DNA of 64,000 nt from an uncultured bacterium. GTDB taxonomy: Bacteria > Verrucomicrobiota > Lentisphaeria > Victivallales > UBA1829. The stretch spans positions 140,574-204,573 of the forward strand of contig CACYZF010000002.1 of NCBI GenBank assembly GCA_902778895.1, written 5' to 3'. A program made the position numbers and the translations under genes. Position 1 is the stretch's first letter, and every line of letters starts with the position of its first letter. Positions 46,434 to 55,591 of the stretch are shown here, piece by piece. The notes beneath the pieces are model-generated. The model was not told the origin of the DNA. It saw nothing but the letters and a program-made list of their open reading frames with translations, and did not search any database.

Positions 46434-46664
46434 ATGCAAAACAAAACCATGACACTGAAAGTGATCCGCGCCGGAAACCTCGCGCCGGGAGACGTTCACG
46501 AACGATGCACGGACTGCGAGATTCACCACGAAGCCAATATCGCCGACAGAAACGAAGATGGATATGTGCTTCTGAAAGGCTCGAAAGAAGCCGTTGCGGC
46601 AGCCGCAAGTATGCTGTACCAGGACGTGAAAATCGTCCCGATCCACCCGGAGGGCGCACAATGA
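46434..46664 (+). CDS. phage hypothetical protein
   Basis: GAGGT RBS 8 nt upstream of the ATG. 76 aa. Confidence 0.5.
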   Translation: MQNKTMTLKVIRAGNLAPGDVHERCTDCEIHHEANIADRNEDGYVLLKGSKEAVAAAASMLYQDVKIVPIHPEGAQ

Positions 46665-46996
46665 ACCGGAAGATGAACTACACGGACAGGATGCTTGCGC
46701 TCGAACGCCACATGAAGGGCGAAATCAAAGCCCGCGCCGCCGAAATGGACCGTCTCATCAAACGGTACGATCTGGGCGGAATCGACCTGGAATCCGAGTA
46801 CGAGAAGATCAAACGGAAGGAAAGCTATCTTTCCGCGAATCAGCGCCGGATCGTGATCGACATCGTGGAAGCCCGCAAGTTCGACAACGAGGTCAGCAAC
46901 ATCATTGACTTCGACCTTGAAATGCACACACAGAGTGTGCCGAGCAGTGCCGTGCTTCGCGACGGCACGGAAGAAGAGAAAGGAGAGAGCAAATGA
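46661..46996 (+). CDS. phage hypothetical protein
   Basis: ATGA overlap with the upstream gene. 111 aa, helical and charged. Confidence 0.5.
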   Translation: MNRKMNYTDRMLALERHMKGEIKARAAEMDRLIKRYDLGGIDLESEYEKIKRKESYLSANQRRIVIDIVEARKFDNEVSNIIDFDLEMHTQSVPSSAVLRDGTEEEKGESK

Positions 46997-47502
46997 TTTT
47001 TCCTGTAGTTTGCCCGTTGCCTGTTCATCTGCCCGTGCAAGCAGCCCAACCGTCCCATAACGAAGGACTGGTTATTCCCAGAGACGATGAAGGAAGAGCC
47101 GCGCGGTGGTGCGCGGAAATGCTCGGTCATACGGAACTTCTCTATTCCGGCATTGTTCCAGTCTCATGCGAGAGCGAACTACGGACGCTTGCCGCCGAAA
47201 CACGCACGACAAGAAACGGGAAAAAACTCGCTTCTTTCTGCGAAGAGCAGATCAAAAACGGCGAGAATCATTTCAGCCTCAACTATGTCCTTATGCAAGA
47301 AGGGCTGTACCTGACGAAGAGTACCGTGGAAACGAACGTGAGAACCTACGCGGTCTACAGTTTGCATCAGATCATTAAGGACGAGGAAGGGATTTATTGG
47401 GACGGCATTGATTTCCAGCTTTTCAAACTGTCCGAACACGCCATTGAATTTTACAGACTTCAAAAAGACAAAGACGAGGAAGGGAAACTCTATTATGTTT
47501 GA
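46993..47502 (+). CDS. phage hypothetical protein
   Basis: ATGA overlap. 169 aa. Confidence 0.5.
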   Translation: MIFPVVCPLPVHLPVQAAQPSHNEGLVIPRDDEGRAARWCAEMLGHTELLYSGIVPVSCESELRTLAAETRTTRNGKKLASFCEEQIKNGENHFSLNYVLMQEGLYLTKSTVETNVRTYAVYSLHQIIKDEEGIYWDGIDFQLFKLSEHAIEFYRLQKDKDEEGKLYYV

Positions 47503-48142
47503 CATCTTCAACATCCGCAAGTGCCGCGCCATGCGGGACGAGATCGAAAGCCTTACCGTTCGCCTGTCAAACGAACACCGGAAATACGAAAAGGCAAAGG
47601 AACGGCTTGAAAGCGCGGAAGTGGATATTTACAATCTCAAACTGGAACGCAACAATCTTTCCGACGAGAATAAGAATCTCCGCAAAAAACTCGCCGAAGA
47701 GGTCGGCAAAAACGATGAACATTCCCGGATGGTGAATACCCTGAACGCAGACCTCGAAAAAGTCCAACATTCGCTTGACGAAAGCATTGCCAGACGGGAC
47801 GAACTGGAACGCGCGGCGGAAAAGCTGAAAGCGGAACAGGAGCAAGACGAAAACTGCGCCAAACTCTTCACCGCCGCCGTGATGAACGGAACAAAGTTCG
47901 CAGAGAACGCCTACAACAAGCCGAAACAGAAAAAAACGCGCTACTGCGGAAGAATCTCCGAGGACGTTTACACCCTCATCAAGAAATTCTGCAAGAAACA
48001 GGGCGTCACGTTCCGGTGGGCTATCGAACTGGCAACGGCAATTTGTATTCCGATCTTCGACGCATCCGTCGATGCCGTAGAAAAGCGGAAAAAACAGGAC
48101 AAGGGCGTGGACCAGGCCGAAAGCGAGGCGGCGCAAAGATGA
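47495..48142 (+). CDS. phage coiled-coil protein
   Basis: Overlapping start. 215 aa with heptad-like K/E/L-rich N-terminal half. Confidence 0.5.
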   Translation: MFDIFNIRKCRAMRDEIESLTVRLSNEHRKYEKAKERLESAEVDIYNLKLERNNLSDENKNLRKKLAEEVGKNDEHSRMVNTLNADLEKVQHSLDESIARRDELERAAEKLKAEQEQDENCAKLFTAAVMNGTKFAENAYNKPKQKKTRYCGRISEDVYTLIKKFCKKQGVTFRWAIELATAICIPIFDASVDAVEKRKKQDKGVDQAESEAAQR

Positions 48143-48504
48143 ACGTCCGCCTGTGGCCGGATCAGATCGAACGTTTGCGGGCGACCGGAAACGCGGCTGC
48201 GACGATCCGCTATGCCGTGATGCGATACAAGCGGGGCGACTTCAAGCGGAAACTGCGAAACCGCGAAGCGAAGCGCGGAATCCGCATGGGGACGATCAGC
48301 CTGTGGAACGATCCCGGCATCAAGGCAGACAAACTCCGCGCCGTCCTCGACGCGCATTTCCTGATCCCGGATGCAGTTCGACATGCCGAAATCGACCGAG
48401 AGATCGCCGAACTCGACGAACAGATCGCCGAAATGATGAAAGTGTACGCCGTCCGCCCCGACCGGGCATACATCATTGAACAAGGAGACACCGAAAATGA
48501 GTGA
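48139..48504 (+). CDS. phage hypothetical protein, possible RHH N-terminus
   Basis: ATGA overlap. MNVRLWPDQIERLRATGNAAATIRYAVMRY resembles a ribbon-helix-helix motif. Confidence 0.45.
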   Translation: MNVRLWPDQIERLRATGNAAATIRYAVMRYKRGDFKRKLRNREAKRGIRMGTISLWNDPGIKADKLRAVLDAHFLIPDAVRHAEIDREIAELDEQIAEMMKVYAVRPDRAYIIEQGDTENE

Positions 48505-48697
48505 AGCCGAACGAAAAGTCTACATGCGCGAGTACCGGAAACAGCACCGCGAACATCTGCTTGCGATGAACCGGGCGTGGTGGAAAAAGCACGGCTGGAA
48601 ACAGAACGCGATCCGGCGCGGGCAGTACCGCAACAACCCGGACTACCGCGCGGCGGAACTCGCCCGCAAGAGAAAGGAGCGGGAACATCATGGATGA
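48497..48697 (+). CDS. phage small basic protein
   Basis: Overlapping start. 66 aa, R/K-rich. Confidence 0.45.
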   Translation: MSEAERKVYMREYRKQHREHLLAMNRAWWKKHGWKQNAIRRGQYRNNPDYRAAELARKRKEREHHG

Positions 48698-48902
48698 CCT
48701 CGACAGAATCCAGGCGGCGGAAGAGGCGACAATGCAACGCATTGACCTGGGAAGCGCAGTGCCACGCGACGGCACGGACGAAACGCCGAACCTCGAAGAT
48801 TACGTCTGCCGAATCGGGTGCATCCGCACGGAAAACGGCTGGTACGGTCTCGGCTACAACGAACACACCAAAGCCCTGCAACTGATGGAGAAGGTGGTGT
48901 AA
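48690..48902 (+). CDS. phage hypothetical protein
   Basis: Overlapping start and stop (TAATG with the methyltransferase gene). 70 aa. Confidence 0.45.
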   Translation: MDDLDRIQAAEEATMQRIDLGSAVPRDGTDETPNLEDYVCRIGCIRTENGWYGLGYNEHTKALQLMEKVV

Positions 48903-51010
48903 TGGAACAGAAAAAACACACGATCCGCTACGGAAGCGTCTGCTCCGGCGTGGAAGCGGCGACGCTCGCATGGCGTCCGCTCGGATGGGAAGCGGCTTTC
49001 TTCGCGGAAGTTGAGCCTTTCCCCTGCGCGGTTCTGCAACAGCGTCTCAACGCAACGCCGCCGAAGCGTCCGCTCAACGCGTCGGAAACGTCCGATGACA
49101 AGGACCGGAAGATGCGCGAAGCCTGGGCGAAAGCGATCAGCAGAATGCGCGAAGCCTGGGCGAAGATCACAAGAAAAGAGCCGCCGATCCCGAACCTCGG
49201 CGATTTCACAAAGATACAACAAGGAGACTACAATGGAACAATCGACGTACTGGTCGGCGGAACACCATGCCAGGACTTGTCCGTGGCCGGAAAACGCGAA
49301 GGATTCGCCGGATCACGGTCGTGTCTCGCGCTCGACTTTATTCGACTGGCTTATCAATCGGGACCCGTGCCCTGGGTATGCTGGGAAAACGTTCCGGGCG
49401 CGCTCTCTGCAAACGGCGGAGACGACTTCGCAACCTTTTTATCCCTGCTATCAGGATGCAAAGTTACCACGCCCGAAAAGGGATTTGGAACAGCCGGATT
49501 TGTTTGCAATGCTCGAAGAGACCGATACGGACTGGCATGGCGAGTGCTGGACAGCCAATTTACCAGAGTATCCGGCTACCCCTTCGCAATACCGCAACGC
49601 CGCCGTCGTCTCTTCATTATCGGACATTTTGGTGATTGGGAAAGTGCCGCGGAGGTACTACTTGAGCCGGGGCGCATGTCTTGGCCTGCTCCGACGCGCC
49701 GAAAGACGCGGAAGACTGTTGCCGCCCCTGCTGGAATCAGTCTTGAAATATCAGGCGGAACATGGGGCGGCGGATACAGCATCACGTGCTATGAAAATCA
49801 CGCAAACGACAGCCGCATAACGCTCGCCGGGGACGTTGCGCCGGTCCTGACGAGCCGCGCCGGAACGGGCGGCGGGAATCTGCCGCTCGTCCTGATCCAA
49901 TCCGACCTCACCATAACATGCACCCCGAAGACCGAGTACGCCTACTTCGACATCGGGAACGGACAGGTTGACGGCGCAATGACGCCGAACTACGAATGCG
50001 CGAACACGCTTCACTGTATGCACGACGCGAACGCGGTAATGTGCGTTCCGATCAACAGCATGATAATCGGGAAGAACGTGGCGGACGGGGACCGGCAGAC
50101 CATCGGCATCGGCGAAGACGGCGATCCGATCCCGACCATACAGGCGGGGCATCATCACGCGGTCGCCGTGGCATCGTTCATGGGCGGACAGGGCGCGAAA
50201 GCCGGGGGAATCGCCTACAGCGAAGAACTCGCGCCCACGATCAAGGCGTCTCCGTCCGGCGGAAATACCGTGCCTGACATCCTCGTGGCATCCATCAACT
50301 GCCAGGGCGGTTCCGGCATCGACATTCAGGAAGGATTGACGGACACGATCACGGCGGCGGCCAATTCATCCGGGAACAATCTGTTCGCGGTGGCAATCGC
50401 CCAGGCTGAAACGAACAAGACGATCAGCGGCATAAAGACATTCCAAAAGATTTCGAGACCTCACGGGAAAGACGGAATCGGCGAACGCTGGGGAGAATCG
50501 GACGTCGCATCAACGCAGAACTGTTTCGATCACGGCGACACCCGCGCCATCGATGTGGTGGTAAACTCTGTGGCAATCGCCGAAAACGTCATCGGGCGGA
50601 AAGTCCATAACGGCGGCAACGGACTTGGCGCACAAAACGAACTCGCCTACACGCTCGACACGGCGGGGGTACAGGCGGTAGCCGTGGACGTAATCGACAA
50701 GACAGAGACTATCACCAAAGACTACGCCCCGTGCCTCACCGCGACATGTTATGACGAGGCGCCGGCGGTCCGCATTCAAGGCTATGTGCGCCGTCTGCTG
50801 CCTGTCGAATGCGAAAGGCTCATGGGATTCCCCGACAACTGGACGCGGATTTCATGGAACGGAAAGCCGGAAGAGAAATGCCCGGACGCGCCGCGGTACA
50901 AGGCCTGCGGGAACAGCATGTGCGTGAACGTCATGCGATGGATCGGGGAGCAGATACAGCGCGTGGAAGACGAAAACCGAAACAACCGTCCCGAAGACGG
51001 AAACCGATAA
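48902..51010 (+). CDS. DNA (cytosine-5)-methyltransferase with an enlarged variable region (putatively multispecific)
   Basis: Motifs I (YGSVCSGVEAA), IV (GGTPCQDLSVAG), VI (ENVPG), VIII (QRRRRLFIIG), IX (RRLLPVECERLMGFP) and X (ACGNSMCVNV). About 370 aa lie between VIII and IX. Confidence 0.9.
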   Translation: MEQKKHTIRYGSVCSGVEAATLAWRPLGWEAAFFAEVEPFPCAVLQQRLNATPPKRPLNASETSDDKDRKMREAWAKAISRMREAWAKITRKEPPIPNLGDFTKIQQGDYNGTIDVLVGGTPCQDLSVAGKREGFAGSRSCLALDFIRLAYQSGPVPWVCWENVPGALSANGGDDFATFLSLLSGCKVTTPEKGFGTAGFVCNARRDRYGLAWRVLDSQFTRVSGYPFAIPQRRRRLFIIGHFGDWESAAEVLLEPGRMSWPAPTRRKTRKTVAAPAGISLEISGGTWGGGYSITCYENHANDSRITLAGDVAPVLTSRAGTGGGNLPLVLIQSDLTITCTPKTEYAYFDIGNGQVDGAMTPNYECANTLHCMHDANAVMCVPINSMIIGKNVADGDRQTIGIGEDGDPIPTIQAGHHHAVAVASFMGGQGAKAGGIAYSEELAPTIKASPSGGNTVPDILVASINCQGGSGIDIQEGLTDTITAAANSSGNNLFAVAIAQAETNKTISGIKTFQKISRPHGKDGIGERWGESDVASTQNCFDHGDTRAIDVVVNSVAIAENVIGRKVHNGGNGLGAQNELAYTLDTAGVQAVAVDVIDKTETITKDYAPCLTATCYDEAPAVRIQGYVRRLLPVECERLMGFPDNWTRISWNGKPEEKCPDAPRYKACGNSMCVNVMRWIGEQIQRVEDENRNNRPEDGNR

Positions 51011-51047
51011 ACCAAACACCACCACAAACCGAAAGGAAGCAAAACGA

Positions 51048-51443
51048 ATGCCAGACCTTGAATCCATGAAAAACAGGCTGGACGACATCGACTCCCAGAT
51101 CGAAAGTTTGGAAAACGAACGCGATCAGCTGGAGGATCGAATCGAACGATGGCACGAAGCCGAAAAACTCGAACCCGTGGTCCTCGCCGCCCTGAACCGG
51201 AACTATAACAAATGGTGCAACAGGGCCTATTTGGAAAAGCATATCCGCTGGGACGAAACGGAATATCAGGACGCGGACGAACTGGAACGGACATACCGCG
51301 CCGTCGCCGCCTGCGACGTCCTCTTCGAGAAAGGCATCATCCAACGGAAAGAGGTCGGGCGCGATTGGGAAAATGACCCGATCTTCGATTACCGGATCAC
51401 CGACACCGAAACGCGGGATATGTTCGAGGAGACCGGGAAATGA
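51048..51443 (+). CDS. phage hypothetical protein
   Basis: 131 aa with N-terminal coiled coil. Next gene overlaps (ATGA). Confidence 0.5.
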   Translation: MPDLESMKNRLDDIDSQIESLENERDQLEDRIERWHEAEKLEPVVLAALNRNYNKWCNRAYLEKHIRWDETEYQDADELERTYRAVAACDVLFEKGIIQRKEVGRDWENDPIFDYRITDTETRDMFEETGK

Positions 51444-51655
51444 AAAAAGACGAAGTGAAAAAACTCCTTGACCTCGCGCAAGCAAGTTCCATGCTGAACA
51501 CGATTAAGGGCATTCAGGACGGATACTGTTCGAGATTCCACCTGTGCAACGGATGTCCTATCACCCCGGAACGCTGCGTCAGTTACGAGATCAACGAAGC
51601 AACCCGCAGAATCGACAACGCCTATTTCGCCAAGGTAGAAGAGGTGCTGAAATGA
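51440..51655 (+). CDS. small Cys-containing phage protein (CxxC family a)
   Basis: 71 aa, HLCNGCPITPERC motif. ATGA overlaps on both sides. Confidence 0.5.
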   Translation: MKKDEVKKLLDLAQASSMLNTIKGIQDGYCSRFHLCNGCPITPERCVSYEINEATRRIDNAYFAKVEEVLK

Positions 51656-51918
51656 AAAAAGCCGACTTTGTGCGCGGGGCGAAAGGATTCATCATCCGCG
51701 CGGATCACAAAAGCGATGCCACGCCCGAAAACATCCGCATCCTCAAAATAACTCTGTGCGGCGACATCAAAAACAACATCTTCGGCATCGATTTCTTCGG
51801 CAACATCTACGAGGTCAATGCGGGAGACGTTTTCTACTCGTTCGAGGCGGCGAAGAAATACGCGCTTCGCTTCCTGTCGAAAATGTACCGGAAACTCGAA
51901 ACGGCAAAAGAGGTGTGA
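51652..51918 (+). CDS. small phage protein, paralog family 1
   Basis: 88 aa. Ends with the VFYSFEAAKKY-type motif shared with five other ORFs. Confidence 0.5.
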   Translation: MKKADFVRGAKGFIIRADHKSDATPENIRILKITLCGDIKNNIFGIDFFGNIYEVNAGDVFYSFEAAKKYALRFLSKMYRKLETAKEV

Positions 51919-51919
51919 A

Positions 51920-52135
51920 ATGAGGCATCAATATCCAATGTCAGACCTTCTCAAAGCAAAGAGGCATCTCGAAAGAGCCAAAAAACTGCTTTGCCTTGGG
52001 ATGGCTGAAGGGAAATGCGAACAATGTGTTTGCTCCTATCTTGACGAATGTTTTATCAACAGTCTTGAGGAAGTGAAACAAGAAATCAAGATTCGCCGCG
52101 AATATGAACAGAAGAATAGCGAGGCGCAGAAATGA
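51920..52135 (+). CDS. small Cys-containing phage protein (CxxC family a)
   Basis: 71 aa, GKCEQCVCSYLDEC motif. Confidence 0.5.
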   Translation: MRHQYPMSDLLKAKRHLERAKKLLCLGMAEGKCEQCVCSYLDECFINSLEEVKQEIKIRREYEQKNSEAQK

Positions 52136-52356
52136 TTACCGAAATCAGAATCCGTGCAATTCAAAAGCACATCAAGGATGCCCGCAGTCTTGCATCCAAA
52201 ATCTGCCACGATCCAGGACGCGGGACACATTGCGAAACCTGTCCGCTTTACGATGATTGTGATGTTTGCATCGCGGCGAAACTCGAAGAACTTGCCACAA
52301 GCGCAAAACAACTTATCAGGCGGAAAGTGTGGAAAAAGCAGGAGAAACAGAAATGA
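52132..52356 (+). CDS. small Cys-containing phage protein (CxxC family a)
   Basis: 74 aa, THCETCPLYDDCDVC motif. ATGA overlap. Confidence 0.5.
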   Translation: MITEIRIRAIQKHIKDARSLASKICHDPGRGTHCETCPLYDDCDVCIAAKLEELATSAKQLIRRKVWKKQEKQK

Positions 52357-52511
52357 AATGCAATGAAAACTGCCGTTTTTTCTATCGTCTTTTGAACAAA
52401 GAAAACATTCGGAAATATGGAAAAACCTTTTGCACGTTTTGGAAAGAATTTAATCCTGAATCGAAACCGTGCCGTGATTTCATTCCGAAGGAAAGCGAGG
52501 CTGGGAAATGA
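52353..52511 (+). CDS. small Cys-rich phage protein (family b, C-x-DFIP tail)
   Basis: 52 aa ending KPCRDFIPKESEAGK. ATGA overlaps. Confidence 0.45.
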   Translation: MKCNENCRFFYRLLNKENIRKYGKTFCTFWKEFNPESKPCRDFIPKESEAGK

Positions 52512-52921
52512 ACATTGACAAACTCAAATTCCGCGTCTGGGACACGGAAAACGAATGCTATCAGCAAGACGATGCCGATGAAACATTCATCAGGCATACC
52601 GGAAAACTGGTGTGCGTTTTCTGGGGAGACTGCGACACCATGCCAACGGAATACGTCGAGCAAGAAAAAGCAATCATCGAGTTTTGCATTGGTCTCAAAG
52701 ACAAGAACGGCAACCTCGTTTTCTGCGGCGACATCCTCCGTTGGGGCAATGCCTTGCGAGAGGTCTGTTGGTCTCCGACGCTTGCTTCCTACATGCTCGA
52801 TGACTATTCCTACGATGAAAACGGAGAGTACACCGGCAGTGGCAATCTCGAAACAATATTTGCCGAAGAAATCGCAAAAGCGGAAATCGTCGGAAACATC
52901 CACGAGGGGGTGAAACGATGA
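52508..52921 (+). CDS. YopX-family phage protein
   Basis: KFRVWD..., GLKDKNGNLVFCGDIL and the final EIVGNIHEG match the YopX pattern. Confidence 0.7.
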   Translation: MNIDKLKFRVWDTENECYQQDDADETFIRHTGKLVCVFWGDCDTMPTEYVEQEKAIIEFCIGLKDKNGNLVFCGDILRWGNALREVCWSPTLASYMLDDYSYDENGEYTGSGNLETIFAEEIAKAEIVGNIHEGVKR

Positions 52922-53304
52922 GTTTCAAGCGTTACGAAAGCGGGCAGTACGTCTATTCCATCGAATGCGCGGACTGCGGGGATTTCATCGCGATCACCTT
53001 GCGGAAGGAAGAAACTCTGTACGTATTCCAGACCTGTCAAACGGAACATTTTCACAGCGGGAAACTTCATGTTTTAGGCAGAGACGGAGACAGACGCACC
53101 ATCGACATCCGCGAGGCATTCCACACCATGCAAGACGCTTTCCAATCCCTTTTCAACACCATATCCCCACAGCTTCAAAACACCTGTATGATGCTGTTTC
53201 AGACACAGCCCAGTTTCCTGGGCGGCGGATCGTTCATCCTTCGGGCGAATTTTGACAAGAGAACCGGGGAAGTCTACATCCCACACGAAATGAGGTTAAA
53301 ATGA
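52918..53304 (+). CDS. phage hypothetical protein
   Basis: 128 aa, ATGA overlap. Confidence 0.5.
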   Translation: MSFKRYESGQYVYSIECADCGDFIAITLRKEETLYVFQTCQTEHFHSGKLHVLGRDGDRRTIDIREAFHTMQDAFQSLFNTISPQLQNTCMMLFQTQPSFLGGGSFILRANFDKRTGEVYIPHEMRLK

Positions 53305-53663
53305 GCGAAATCAAGCACACACCTCTTCCGTGGAGAATCGTGGAAGAGGGCAACGCGAGATCAATTATCTCAATCAGAGATCAGTACAGAAACTGGATTG
53401 GCGAGTGCTTCTACGCATTGGTCGAAGATGAATCGCAGTACGGTCATCCAATCATAACGAAAGCGGAAGCGTTTGAGAACGCTCAACTATTCCGCGCCGC
53501 ACCGGAGCTTTATGCCGCGCTCAAAAAGATTGCCGAAATGGAGCCGGGAACATCATGCGACACAGACGATGGATGCTCCTACTACACGTCGGAATGCGGA
53601 ACGTGTGACGAAATGATTTCCATCGCAAAAGAAGCATTGAAGAAATGCGAGGTGAAACAATGA
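53301..53663 (+). CDS. phage hypothetical protein
   Basis: 120 aa, ATGA overlap. Confidence 0.5.
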   Translation: MSEIKHTPLPWRIVEEGNARSIISIRDQYRNWIGECFYALVEDESQYGHPIITKAEAFENAQLFRAAPELYAALKKIAEMEPGTSCDTDDGCSYYTSECGTCDEMISIAKEALKKCEVKQ

Positions 53664-53944
53664 AAACATGCGAAATCTGCTTCATGGCAGACATCAACGG
53701 CGGGACCTGCTGCATCCGGCGCGAACCGGACGACGCGTTCATGGAAACCTGTTTCGTGCCGCTCCAGACATGCCATATCTGCGGGCATTTCAAAAACGGC
53801 CAATGCACCATGAAAAATGCCGAGGTCTCTTATTTCAAAGAAGCCTGTGCCGACTTCATCCCGAAAACCGAAGAGAAGCCCGCGCAAACGCCGCCCTGCG
53901 GCGATCCGTGCTATCCCGCAAACGATGAAGGAGAATGGGAATGA
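53660..53944 (+). CDS. Cys-rich phage protein (family b, C-x-DFIP tail)
   Basis: 94 aa, multiple CxxC, ...EACADFIPKTEE. Confidence 0.5.
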   Translation: MKTCEICFMADINGGTCCIRREPDDAFMETCFVPLQTCHICGHFKNGQCTMKNAEVSYFKEACADFIPKTEEKPAQTPPCGDPCYPANDEGEWE

Positions 53945-54369
53945 ACCAAATGCTCTTCTACGCACAAAAACTGGTCCAGTCCGGGAAATTGAACATGTAC
54001 CACGTGATCCATTTCCTCGCCGAAAAAGCCGCCTGTCTTCTTTGGCGTCCTTCGTCCGTACATCCCGGCTTTTCGTACTGGTATTCCGAATGCCGCCTGT
54101 ATATCGTCCGCAAGGACGCGGCGGATGTTCCGGCCTACTTCTTCGTCTTCGCCGGAAACCCGGAAGAGGCGATGGAAAAGGCGTTCCAGGCATGGGACGG
54201 GGCAAGGGAAGACAACCGGACGAAATGCGAAACGTGCCACGTTTCCGAACTCTGTCCGCTCAAAACGTATCTCAACTGGTGCGTCAAGGCGCAAGTCCAT
54301 TGCCAACTCGACACGCGATTCTGCGCGTACTATGAACCGGAACAGTGTTTGAAGGAGAACGCGGAATGA
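53941..54369 (+). CDS. phage hypothetical protein
   Basis: 142 aa from the ATG at 53941 (ATGA overlap; alternative ATG at 53935). Confidence 0.5.
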   Translation: MNQMLFYAQKLVQSGKLNMYHVIHFLAEKAACLLWRPSSVHPGFSYWYSECRLYIVRKDAADVPAYFFVFAGNPEEAMEKAFQAWDGAREDNRTKCETCHVSELCPLKTYLNWCVKAQVHCQLDTRFCAYYEPEQCLKENAE

Positions 54370-54641
54370 ACAAGTCCGAGTTTAAGAAAGACCAGGTTGT
54401 CTTTTCAATCGCCGGAAACTACAAAACCGGGCTTACCGTCAAGAAATACACTGTTGACTTCCTGTCACACCGAGGGGTTTACGGGCTGCAAGGCGTCGAG
54501 GACAAAACGGAGTATGTTTCCCGCATACCGTCTCTTGTCTTTGCGACAGAGGAAGACGCACACAAAAGCCTGATTCAGAAACTTCAACTTTGGATCGAAC
54601 GCGAGAACAATCGATTCGAGGGAAGCGAGGCGCAACAATGA
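54366..54641 (+). CDS. small phage protein, paralog family 1
   Basis: 91 aa, KKDQVVFSI... and LVFATEEDAHKS motifs. Confidence 0.5.
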   Translation: MNKSEFKKDQVVFSIAGNYKTGLTVKKYTVDFLSHRGVYGLQGVEDKTEYVSRIPSLVFATEEDAHKSLIQKLQLWIERENNRFEGSEAQQ

Positions 54642-54898
54642 ACGCGAAGCTGAAACAAGGGCAGAAAGTCTTTTTCATCGTGAAAGACGAAGACAAACGC
54701 GAACTTTCCTATCAAAAGGCGACATTTATGTACGCGAAATCAGGGGGACCACACGGATATTGTGTCGTTCAAACGGAGTATAACGGGCAAACATTTGATT
54801 TTCCCGTGCCGCGTTCGCTGATTTTTACAACGGAAAAAGATGTGCGCGATCAAGTGTATCTTCAGGCGATGCTTTTCGGATGGAGGGCGGCAATATGA
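54638..54898 (+). CDS. small phage protein, paralog family 1
   Basis: 86 aa, KQGQKVFFIV... and LIFTTEKDVRDQ motifs. Confidence 0.5.
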   Translation: MNAKLKQGQKVFFIVKDEDKRELSYQKATFMYAKSGGPHGYCVVQTEYNGQTFDFPVPRSLIFTTEKDVRDQVYLQAMLFGWRAAI

Positions 54899-55341
54899 CG
54901 CACGGGGAACTTGTCTCAATGGCGGCGCAGAAGCTCAAAAAATGGCGGTGTCTGCCGATTTGCGCCGAAATGGTAAGCCTGACCGCAACGGGCGAAATCC
55001 CGGACGCGATAGGCTGGCGGGCATGGGAATCCATACTGTTCGAGTGCAAGGCGAGCCGGGCCGACTTTTTGAAAGACCGGGACAAGCCGTTTCGCATTTG
55101 CCCTGAATCCGGTGTCGGCGACTGGAGGTTTTACCTCACGAATCCCGGCGTCATCCATTCCGCCGATGAATTGCCAGACGGGTGGGGATGCTACGAGGTG
55201 ATCGAGGGAAAGATCGTCCATAAGTTCGGGAAGCGTTTTTCCAACGCATTGCCGATTCCATTGCACGGAAACAAGAAAGAGGAAATCATCATCATGCGTT
55301 CCTGGATCAGACGGAACTTTCAACCCGGAAAGGCGGAGTGA
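54895..55341 (+). CDS. PD-(D/E)XK-fold nuclease-like protein (MmcB-like)
   Basis: GEIPDAIGW...ILFECKASRADF gives a D...E-x-K arrangement. 148 aa. Confidence 0.5.
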   Translation: MTHGELVSMAAQKLKKWRCLPICAEMVSLTATGEIPDAIGWRAWESILFECKASRADFLKDRDKPFRICPESGVGDWRFYLTNPGVIHSADELPDGWGCYEVIEGKIVHKFGKRFSNALPIPLHGNKKEEIIIMRSWIRRNFQPGKAE

Positions 55342-55342
55342 A

Positions 55343-55591
55343 ATGAGCGGCAATATCACCATTGAAGAGCGGATGCAAAAATGGCTCCGAGTAAAGAAAA
55401 TACTTCGCGGGGAGCGGTGTAAAAACTGCGCTTTCCATAAGGTCGAACATTACCTTGACAGGAATCTGCTTCATCATGCGGTACACATCTGCAAGATCAA
55501 GGGCAAAACCGTAGCACCGACGGACGGTAAATGCAATACATTCATCCATGAAAAATCACCGTTTTTGAAAGAAACAGGGGGTCAAAAATGA
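55343..55591 (+). CDS. Cys/His-rich phage protein (family b)
   Basis: 82 aa, CKNCAFHK...HICKIKG...GKCNTFIHEKS. Confidence 0.45.
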   Translation: MSGNITIEERMQKWLRVKKILRGERCKNCAFHKVEHYLDRNLLHHAVHICKIKGKTVAPTDGKCNTFIHEKSPFLKETGGQK

